From assembly GCF_009914755.1 (NCBI RefSeq), contig NC_060930.1: a stretch of DNA of 64,000 bases, one strand, 5' to 3'. The translations under genes and the position numbers were made by a program. The notes beneath the pieces were generated by a model. That model did no database searches and was not told where the DNA came from. It saw only the letters and a program-made list of their open reading frames with translations. Positions 1 to 12,321 of the stretch are shown here, one piece after another; positions within the stretch are counted from its first letter, which is position 1, and every line of letters starts with the position of its first letter. Origin of the DNA: the human T2T-CHM13v2.0 reference genome, Homo sapiens.

Positions 1-734
1 TTACTGATGCGACAGGGTGTCTATACACATTGATGTGACACAATGAAATAGAAACTATAAAGCAACAGAAACATATGATTGGGTTTCATAAAGATGTGAA
101 GGTGTTCGCACTCAACACGGACGCTGGGATTGAGCTGGTGTCCTCTTCTCCCTCCTCTCATTGCTGCACTTGAGATAAATAGAATCACAGAATTAGGAAA
201 ATTGCAGAGCTATGTTATGGAAACTAATTTGCAATTTCCAAAGAGAGTTACAGAAGAAAAAAAAAGTTAACTGCTTCTTCAGCCTTCCATAAATTATGAG
301 TGCTTGATTAGAGAAGCAAGAGGCCAGAGAAACAGAGGAGTGGAGAAGAGGACTCCACAGATGAGCTTCTCCAGGAAGGTGAATGATGCCCCGTGATCTG
401 GAGAAGGTCATGGATTCTAAACCAACAGTTGTTGGGAACATTCCGTGAGAACATGTGTCTTCTTTTGGATAGATACGACTGACAAAAAAAAAAAAAAAAG
501 AGTCAACCTTCTGTTGCAACATGTGCCATAGAAGGCTTTTGAAGCTTTTACCTCATTATGACTGAAGATCTTGTCTGGGAAAATCATCAGAAGAAAGTAT
601 CTATGCTACTTGATTAATTGGAGGAAATGTTGAACATTTATTGACTTCAACTAAGTATGTGTTCAGATATTTCCTGTTTTTTTTTCCATGTTGGGGTGAG
701 TAAATCTTTAGAATAGGTGATATTTTATTAAAAA

Positions 735-1319
<585 letters not shown>

Positions 1320-1802
1320 TAATGTGACTCATGTTAATGATATACCTATTATTCCTATTTTATGAAGAGCTCTTTTAAAGAATGGATCAAAAATATTGCT
1401 GGTTTTCATTAGTGAGAAAGCTTATATGATTTTTTTCTTCCAGTTTAAAATGTGAGAATTATTTCAGGATTTTTCCTAATATTGAACCATTTTTAAATTG
1501 CTGGCATCATGGTTTTTTTTTTCCCTTAATGTGTTGCTGGATTCAATCTTCTCATTTTATCTCCTATGTTTGCAGTTATTCATAAGTAAAATTGCCCTGT
1601 GGTTTTATTACGATACGTTATTTATGTCAAGTTTTGTTTTCACTTCTCTTTTTGTTTAAAAAAAAAAATCTTTGTTCATGCTTCACAACACATCAAATAG
1701 TTGTGGTATCATTTATTGCTTAAATTTGGGGAGACAATTCACCTAAGAAAAAAATAAAAAGTAAAGTTTCTCACATCTGAAGAATATGAAAATTGTCTCA
1801 TT

Positions 1803-2202
<400 letters not shown>

Positions 2203-2489
2203 CAGGCCGGGTATGAATCTTATCTTTAGTTTCCACAACTGTCTTTAGCAAGCAAACTTGTATTGGCATCTGGATCATGGAGCTTTTCTCTTAACCTCTC
2301 AGCCTAAGCTGAGGAGTTGATTTAACTCAAAGGGAACGAGGACCACCAAGAAGGAATGTTATCTGTCATATTTTAAAAATGAGTATAATCATCTTAGAGC
2401 CTGAGATTCCAGACTACTTGGCCAACCTACTAAACTCCAACTGTCTCTGTAAAAATACATTGTTTTCAATCTACAAAATGTCCCAGGAA

Positions 2490-2835
2490 TAGGGCAGCTC
2501 ACTACCAAGGACCCAGGGCTCTCATTGGTCCACTCTGCCATTCTCTGTGTGTTATCAAGACACAGTCCCAGGTGTCACAGGCTGACATGTTCCTATCCAG
2601 AGAGAAAGGGAGGGATTCCCTCCACATGCCTGTCTTATTAGGTAAAATATTCCCCAGGAGCCCCTAGCAGACATCTCCTCCAGTCCCTTTTACCAGGATT
2701 GGGTCTCATACCTATACCATAAGGGCAAGGGAGATGAGAATGCAAGTATTTCTATTGTGGGAGAAAGGTCTCCCAGCAATCAAGAAAAAAGATAAAGAAA
2801 TAGCTGTTTTGGAGACAACCAAGAGTTTTGCCACA
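2490..2835. mobile_element. Old MaLR LTR fragment (MLT1-like)
   Basis: caaggacccagg...cagcagacatctcc...ggtctcata...ccaca motifs typical of old MLT1 LTRs. Confidence 0.45.
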
Positions 2836-4466
2836 GGAGAATAGAGGAGGAGGGGTACCCACGTGAGACCCACTCAGGAGGGTTAAAAGAGCAGCAAATG
2901 CTTCCCAGCATTGACTAAGAATTGTATAGGAGAGAGTATAGGAGGGAATTGTCTTTTAGTATCTTGCATGTGATAGGCTTTGAATAAATTTTGAATTTCC
3001 CCATGAGGTTGAACGGATTGAAACATAAGGTTGATGGGGCTAAGACGTAATTATGGTAACTCAGGATAGGAGTGTTTGGGTGCAAATCTTATTTTTTACA
3101 TTGAAATCAGAGAACGCAGCAGTGCCTTTTACAACCATCCTGGTGGCAGTCAGAGACAGGGTCTATGACCTGGACACTGCAGGAGCTCAATCGTTATACC
3201 CACACAGGTGTGCTTTTCACATGAGACCCAGGTGAGAGAGACTATTACTTTCCTACATTCTTCTTCACTTTATCAACCCATTAATACTATCTTTCACCAC
3301 GGTGATGAGAATGACTGACACATGGGAACAGAGATTCATTTTTCACTGTGAAGGAAAAAAATCCCACCTCCAACATGGCATTAAAGAGTACCAATTCCTT
3401 ATCCTTCTTTGTGTTAAGTGTGTGTTACTTAGGCTTAGCTCATCTGTGTTTAATCGGCTTCCTTCATGCTCTCTCCATGAAGCCAGAGATGTACATATTA
3501 AACACAGGAGTTTTTGACAGTTTCCCTTTCCCTAGGGCAAGATTGCTCAACTAATAATAACTAAGATATCTTTTGACAAGTGCAGCTAAGAGCTGGGAAA
3601 GCTTAGTCAATCTACATCAGCCTTGTTGGCACTTTCTTTCCATTTCCTACCTGCATTTTCTTGAATGATGGAAACTGGAGAATGACTGTAGAACCTACGA
3701 AATCCAGGAGAGGCAGTGGATGAAATCAGGCCCGGAAGGTTAGTGAGGAATGAATGCAAAACCAGACTTATATTGATCAGGGAAAGGAAAATACTTTTTC
3801 CAACTACAATTGCAGCTGAAACCCATAAATTAGATGATTGAAGCAATAAGACACGTGAAATGGCTTTTAAGTCCACTACCCGCTCTGTGTAATAAATTTC
3901 AAATGACATAGAGGCTTTTAGTGGAAAGAATGATTTATTGCCATATGCAAGAAGGAAGCTTTCAGGGATTATCTCTAAAGTGGCAAAACACTATTCCAAA
4001 TTTCACAAAATTAGCAAAGCTTCATGAAGCTTGGTGACTGAACTGACAAGCAAGCTAGGTCAAAAAAAAATTTTAATGGAATAAAAATATTGCAAATGTG
4101 CATTCTCACATACCAATACTTAGAGGTGTATTAATTACTCAAAAATAATCTAAATTCCACATTAAATGAAAACCTCCTTTGATTTGTTAGAAAAAATCCT
4201 GAGGATATTTAATTTTTGAATTACTTTTAATATATGTGTATATCTCAAAAGAATAGATACATAGAAAAGTATAAACCTATTCCTACTCACTTTTGGCATG
4301 AATTAATTCTAAATTGATTTACTTTCCTTGCCTCAGGCAACACCCTCCGTTTATCTCTTCATTTAGAAGGAGCTGAGGCAGTTCAGCAATGAACCACCTG
4401 AACAGGTGAGAGGAAACAATCATGGAACTAACTTTACATTGCAGTGTGCTCTTACCTCTGCGATTA

Positions 4467-4750
4467 GGTTCACACCCGTAATCCCAGCACTTTGAGAGGC
4501 TGAGGCAGGAGGATCACTTAGGGCCAGGAGTTTGAGACCAGCCTGAGCAACAGGATGACACCCCGTCTCTACAAAAAATTATAAAAATTGTCAGGATATG
4601 GTGGTGAGTGTCTGTAGTCCTAGCTACTCAGAAGGCTGAGGCAGGTGGATTGCTGCAGCCCAGGAGTTCGAGATTGCAGTGAGCTATGATCGCACCACTG
4701 CACTCCAGCCTGGGTGACAGAGTGTGACCTGTCTCTATGGGGAAAAAAAT
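4467..4750 (+). mobile_element. AluJ
   Basis: Dimer with J-type features (ggaggatcactt...gcccaggagttcgag...gagctatgatc). Confidence 0.92.
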
Positions 4751-6085
4751 GTTAGTAGGCAATTCAGGTAGAATCTGAGAGGTTCTTACAAAAATGCATA
4801 CTTGTCAAGCAGAAGAGTCTAAAAGAAAATGACAGGGAAATCTGCATATTGGGACAGAAAACAATAAGAATGATGCTATGAAGTCTGAGACCTGAAAGAT
4901 TTCCTAGACTTTGTGCTTCCCTCTTGTCCACCAAGTCCTTTTATTCTAGGAAGTTTGCAAAGAATTGGAAAATGGGAAATTAAGAAGCATGCTTTCTCTA
5001 CAGACAATAGGCTTTCACTGTCAGAATCTTGGATTTCCAGTGTGCAATGTACCCAGCAGGTTTTCTGGGTTTTGTCCCTGTCCAGGCCCAGCAGTATCTG
5101 GCTATTAAGAGGGTGCACCTGAAAGCTTACAGGCATGGTTTCTCATCAGTCTCCAACTCTGCCTCTTCTAACTAGTCCCCTCGCTTTCTGAGGACACATT
5201 CAATTCTAAGATATAATTGACATCTGTTAATTAACCATATATTGCACTTCCTTGTTTTCCTTCTATGTCACCTATTTTACCACTACAGAGACTCAGATTT
5301 AATTATCTCATCTGTCAAGACAATGGTCTAAGAAAGAAAATGTTTTGGATATTAACACAGTCTCTTTTCTCCCCCTGTAAATCTAATGGAAGTGTATTCC
5401 AATTTTTAATGATTTCTCAATTACTGTAAGATAGAAAAATAGCAAAAAAAAGTGCCTCTTTCAATTTACATAATTAAAATGAATATCTTCCTTAGACAAT
5501 TTTCAGGTTGCCATTCTGGAAACTGTACATGGTTTAATTGTTCATAAGTGGTAGTTCTAATGACTACAATGGAAGAGAACTTTACAGTTTAATATCTCAT
5601 CTTTCCTCAACGCCTCTTCATATAAACAAATTCTTCCTATAAATGATAATTAGTGATAAAAGCCATAAAACACATTACATTTGAGGTAGCCAGTGTCTTC
5701 ACATATACCAAGGTATACTCTCCCACTTATCATTTACAAAAATATTGTGTCTCACAAATTTATATGAATATCAAATAAATGAGTTTTCCAACATTTACAT
5801 TTCCACTAAATCTGAAGATAAAGAGAACTAGTTCCTATCTGAAGAAATGAAATATTCCTCAAGCAAGTAGACCCATAATTTTACACATGATGGAAAAGTA
5901 TTTTAGTCAGGGATAAGCTCCCAAAACCCTGTGATATGAATTCAGAAATTAATTAAAGAGTAATTTTTTTCTCAGTTTCCAAGTTAACTGAAAGACCTGC
6001 ATGCAGGAATATTGGAGCCTCAGCGTAGAAAGTATTCAAAAATAATATGATTCATTGTAAAGCAGTTCTCTCTTGAAATCCATCT

Positions 6086-6735
6086 GTTCTAATTATCTAT
6101 TGCTGTGCAACAAACCACTCCAAACTCAGTGACATAAAACAGCAACCATTATGCTCACAGGGTCTGTGGGTTGGGATTTTAAACAGAGTACAATGGGGAG
6201 GGCTTATTTGTGCTCCAGGACATCTGGGGCCTCAGCTTGGAAGGCTTCAGTGGGTTGAGGGTGACTCAACAGTCAGGGGCTGGTATCACCTGGAAGCTTC
6301 TTCACTCACAGTCTTTTATTTTAGGAGGTTTATTCTAGCAAGTGCCTGAGCTGGGATAACTCAAAGGCTGAGCCCAGCTTGGACTGTCAGTCAGCATGCC
6401 TGCACACAGTCTCTCCACGTGGCTTGAGTTCCTCACAGCATGGTAGCTGAGCTCCAGAAAAAGCCTTCTGAGATGGAGCATCTGGAAAATGAGTCTTCTA
6501 GAAGACCAAGGCTGACACTACCTGGTTTTTTTCCTGCCCAGCCTCAGAAGGTATACAGTATCACTTTCACCAAATTCCACTAGTTACAAGCGAATTCTGA
6601 AAGGCAGCCCAGTTTGAAAGGGGGTGAAATGAGACTCTTCCTCTTGATAATAGAGTTGCAAAGTCACATTGTCAAAGAGTATGTGGGTTGGAAGTTATTG
6701 TCAAAGCCATCTTTGGAATATGCAGCCTGGCCAAC
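6086..6735 (-). mobile_element. MaLR LTR (MLT1F/G-like)
   Basis: Begins tgttctaattatctattgctgtgcaacaaaccactccaaactcagtg; internal ctctccacgtggcttg...ctcacagcatgg motif. Confidence 0.75.
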
Positions 6736-7299
6736 CATCAAGGGAAGAGGATTGAATGTGAAATGCTTTTACTATCTTTCATACAACAATCTATGCTAGG
6801 TAATTTACACATAATCACTGAATTACCAACAACTTTATGCTTCAGTTCTAACACGAGCCACATTATATTAGCAATATCTATTTTTAATCTGTCTCCTCAA
6901 CTAGTTGATAAATTACTCCAGAACAAGAATTTTATTTTTATCTGTTCCCAGTGCCTTGCATGATACCAGGCATGTAATAGATGCTCAAATATTTGTGAAA
7001 TAAAAATCTTCTCTGTAATAGATCTGGTCATAATTATTCACTTACATACATTTTCCCTGTTCAACTCCCTGCCTCTTGCTGGCTTGGACTTTGTCTTGCT
7101 TATCCCCAAAACTTAACACTATGCCTGGTACACAGTAAGTTCCCAAAATACATATATTTAGAGCTGAACTAGTCTTTGTTAAGAAGATAGCCCCACTATA
7201 TTGAAACCAATAATGGAACTGCTGTGAGGTTAAAGATAATTAACTACATCCATCGTCCTATAGTAATAGAAACCAAAAGCACATATTTCCCTTACCAAA

Positions 7300-7798
7300 T
7301 AAACAAATTAATTTCTAACAAACTACTCCAAAAGCTATTGGGTTAACATAACAAATGTTTTATTATCATTTGAGATTCTGCACATTGACTAGGCAGTTCT
7401 GATATTGGCTGATTTGCAGTTATTCAAGCACTCAGTTGATCTGGAACCACCAAGATGACTCCCTCCCATTGCTGGCAATTGATGCTGGCTGTTGGCTGAG
7501 AGCTTAGATTGGCAGCCTGCTAGAAATCTTGCAGGACGCTTCTCCCTGGGAGACATGAGCATCTCACAGCCATGGGGCTGTGTTCCAAGAGGGTGGACCA
7601 AGAGCAAGCATTCTAAGGGAGAAGAAATGGAAGTTGCTGATCTTCATAAAAGCTAGGCTCAGAACTGCCACAGTATCACTTAGCCATATTTTATTGGTTG
7701 AGCTGTCACAGCACCAGTGAGATTCAGGGGTTGAGAAAATAAGTTTCATTGTCAAAGGGGTGTGATCAAGAATATGCAATCATCTTTAATCCACTGCA
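7300..7798 (-). mobile_element. MaLR LTR (MLT1H-like)
   Basis: gctggcaattgatgctggctgttggctg, ctcacagccatgg, and ends catctttaatccactgca. Confidence 0.7.
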
Positions 7799-8232
7799 GA
7801 GTGGGAAAAAGGAAAAACAAATGCAGACTACTTTGGTACAACTTCTTTTGTTTGCGAATAAGTAGAATAATCCAACACTACACCTATGGTTAAGCAAAGC
7901 TCAAGGTGAAGATTCTAAATTGATTCCTGCACAGCTCAGAGACAGAAAACCTGGCCTTTTCCTGGTTGTCTAGTAAGACTTGGGTGCTTCACGGAAGGGA
8001 TTTATGTTCTCTCTTTATAAATCATTTGAGATAGCCTAAGTGAAGAACACAAGCCAGTTGGACATATACCAGCTAACACCCTGCCCACTTATTTTAACCA
8101 ATGCTAATTAGAGGAAAAAGTTTCCTGGGAAAATAGTCACAATTTTAGCTAAAAAAGAAAAAATAGAGTTACAAACTTGTATTTATAATATCATCCCAGT
8201 TATGTTTTACTTCTGTGTAATAAGTTGAAGCA

Positions 8233-8695
8233 TGTTAAACAAATTTTATGGGAAGCCATTGTTTTGGGCTGAGCTCCTGCATTAGACCCCTACAGACTAG
8301 ACCAAATCAAAACGGAGTCACGTGTGCTACGTGCCACATAATCAAATTGAAACTTTAAGAAAGCGGGTAGATCACCAAACAGGCCAGTTTTTTTCCTGAA
8401 AACAGGATGCTCACAAACACCAATTGGAATGGGCCCAGTCAATCTGAGTCAATGTAATAGGGAAGTCCCTTCTTCTTTAACCCTTATAAGATAGGTAAAC
8501 TGAAGTAATGAGATGTTAACCAATCCACTTTTTTCTAGTGTGTTGTTTCCTTGTTCCCATCTTACAAAACCCAACTCTTCTGTCATACCCTGCAGAACAC
8601 ATATTCTATTTTATATGAAATGCTGTCCAGATCTAGGATGTCAAATAAAAGCCAATTCGATCTTTAAGTTAAACTTCTAATTTTGTCTTTTGGCA
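8233..8695 (+). mobile_element. ERV1 solo LTR (MER57/MER93-like)
   Basis: TG...CA termini, ggaagccattgttttgggctgagctcctgca and accaaatcaaaacggagtcac motifs, AATAAA near the 3' end. Confidence 0.7.
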
Positions 8696-9107
8696 GGTGT
8701 TGGGCATTTGTTGCAATAGTATATGAAAACTCAAATTTGTTATCTTCTGCTGCTTTTAGACAAAGCTTCTTGTGCATACTTGGAGGATGAGTTTTCAGGT
8801 ATTATATGTCAAGACTGGAACCGCCTTAGCTCCTGGGTAAGTTAAATGGTCTGTGCTGGGTCTAAGGGCCTAGAATCTGGCCATTTGAAAGAGAAAGGTG
8901 TTTAGGTGAGTTTTTAAATACTATGATTCAAATGAATCGGAAATAAAGGCTGAGTATTTCTCAGGGCTGAAGGAGAATGTGGCCTGATTTGGGATGAACA
9001 AATCAGCAATTAGAAGAGTAGAGGAATTCCTGAGGAATGTGAGGAAAGAATAAGAAGGTTGCCAATACCTTCAATGAGAGAGCCTAGATGACAAGTTTAA
9101 GTGTTCT

Positions 9108-9588
9108 TGTCTTAGTCTGTTTTGTGTTGCCAGAAAAGAATACCTAAATCTGGGAAATTTATAAAGAAAAGGGGTTATTTTGCTTATGGTTCTATAGATT
9201 GGGAAGTTCAAGGGCATGGTCTTGGCTTCTGGTGAGGGTTCTCCTGCTGAGTCACAACATGGCAGAGACAGTCAAAGAGAAGCAAACACGTTCAAAGAGG
9301 TAAACCCGAAGGGCATCCTGGCTTTATAACAATGCACTGTCTCAGGAGCTAATCTATTCCCAGGAGAACTAATCTAGTTTCACAGAGTAAGAACGCATTG
9401 TCAAGAGAATAATGCTAAGCCATTCATGAGGAATCCATCCCATCCCCTGTGATCCAAACACCTGCCACTAGTCCCCACCTCCCAACACCACCACAATGGA
9501 GATCGAATTTAGTCCCCACCTCCCAACACCAGCACACTGGGGATTGAATTTCAACATGAGTCTTGGTGGGGCAAACCAAACCATAGAA
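9108..9588 (-). mobile_element. MaLR LTR (MSTB/MSTC-like)
   Basis: tgtcttagtctgttttgtgttgc...caaaccata termini; near-TSD gttct/gtgct. Confidence 0.85.
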
Positions 9589-9926
9589 GTGCTTGAAAGG
9601 CAAGCTGGAGGTGTCAGGACCTCCACACGGAGGTGCACGGGAGGGCCTCTGAAGGCAGAATACTAAGCTCAGTTGATTTGGGAACCACAACAGGTCCCCC
9701 TGTGGAATGGGGCAAGGGAACTGGGAGGTGCAGTCTCCAGTTCACTAGATAAACTGAAGAACAGAGGCCCACCCTAACTTCTTGGATTGTAGAAATGCTG
9801 TCAATCTGTTCTAGCCTAAAAAAGGAGGAGGAAGGCACTAAAAATAACTAAGAGTAAACTGCAACATAATAAACAAGAATGCAGTCAGATGAAATTTGAT
9901 TGTACCCAATGTTAAGAAATGTGAAA

Positions 9927-10220
9927 GGCCAGAAGCAGTGGTTCACACCTATAATCCTAGCACTTTGAGAGGCCAAAACAGGAGAATCACTTGAGCCCAG
10001 TAGAGACCAGCCTAGGCAACATAATGAGACCCTGTCTCTACAAAAAATTAAAAAATTAGCCAGGCATGGTATGGTGACTTTCACCTGAGGTCCCAGCTAC
10101 TCGGGAGGCTGAGGTGGGAGGATCCCTTGAGCTCGGGAGACTGAGGCTGCAGTGAGCCATGGTATGCCCCTGCATTCCAGCCTGGGTGATAGAGCAAGAC
10201 TCTGTCAAAAAAAAAAAAAG
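9927..10220 (+). mobile_element. AluJ
   Basis: Dimer with J-type diagnostics and an A tail running into a purine microsatellite. Confidence 0.92.
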
Positions 10221-10379
10221 AGAGAGAGAAAACAGAGAGGGAAAAAGAAGGAAGGAATGAAGGGAGGGAGGGAGGGAGGGAGGGAGGGGAGAAAGAGAGA
10301 TGGAGGAAGGGAGGAAGGAAGGAAGGAAGGAAGGAAGGAGAAAGAAAGAGAGAGAGAAGGAAGGAAGAGAGAAAGAAAG

Positions 10380-10471
<92 letters not shown>

Positions 10472-10512
10472 GAAAGGAAAGGAAAGGAAAGGAAAGGGGG
10501 AGGAAGGGAGGG
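10221..10512 (+). repeat. Compound purine microsatellite (GGAA/GGGA/GAAA)n
   Basis: Directly visible ~290-bp near-pure purine tract. Confidence 0.95.
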
Positions 10513-10531
10513 ATTAGATTAGATTACATTT

Positions 10532-10822
10532 TTTTCTTTTTTTTTTTTTTTTGAGACAGAGTCTTGCTCTGTTGCCCAGACTGGGGTGCAGTGGCGCAAT
10601 CTCAGCTCACTGCAAACTGCCTCCCAGGCTCAAGCAATTCTCGTGCCTCAGTCTCCCAAGTAGCTGGGATTACAGGCGTGAGCTACCATGACGGGCTAAT
10701 TTTTGTATTTTTAGTAGAGACGATGTTGGCCAGGCTGTTCTCGAACTCCTGACCTCAGGTGATCCACCCGCCTCGGCCTCCCAAAGTCCTGGGATTACAG
10801 GCACGAGCCACCGTGCTTGGCC
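10532..10822 (-). mobile_element. AluS
   Basis: Reverse dimer; TSD agattacattt at 10521-10531 and 10824-10834. Confidence 0.95.
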
Positions 10823-11579
10823 GAGATTACATTTATCTAAAGAGCAATTTAGATCTATTTTCTCCCTCTCTCACAATTTCTCTCTCTCATACACACACAC
10901 AAAGAAAACACACTATAACAATTGTTATTTATATGCTGTTAAATTATGGCTGGCACTGTTTAATTTTTCGAGTCTTTTTTTGCAGTGAATATGCATTAAC
11001 TTCAAAATTGCAAAATATACACCGGAAAAAAAGAGCGTAATTAGATGACAAGCCAAAACCCAAAGTATATCCTACTTTCCAGCAGTTCCTCTTGATCTGT
11101 AATAAGACACGTCTCCAAGCAAAATCCAAGGCATGAGTTTATATGGTCAAAAGCAGAGCAGGAAGATTGAAGCAAAAATAGTTCTCCTAAGTAGAGAAGA
11201 ACTAGCTGCCTAGTGTTTACAAATGCTGGCATAAACCGCCTAACAGCTCTTATTTTAGCACACTTACTATCTATTTTCACTATTTCCAAAAGGTAGGAGA
11301 TTACTCTGTGGCGGATTCTAGGAATGTGTCTTTACTCTCATTTCAGTGAAATTAAGCTTTCTATGTTTCTCCAGAATAAAAGAATAAATAAAACGATATT
11401 TCAAAACAGTATCCATTTTACTTTCATGTGTCTGGATGAAGTGAGTTCTAGAGGGAGGTGAGAGGGAGAAGGCAACAAGAGAGAGCAGGAATAGTCAAGA
11501 CACTGTTTTCAAAAAATAATAACTAAAAGAAGAAGAAAGAGAAAGGATGAGAGTGGTATTTCTAACCTATGTCATACTA

Positions 11580-12321
<742 letters not shown>

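Noticed and set aside
10081-10554. Lys/Glu/Arg-rich and Phe/Leu/Ser/Pro-rich ORFs (also at 40406-40795)
   Set aside because: They are artefacts of stop-free GGAA/GAAA microsatellites.
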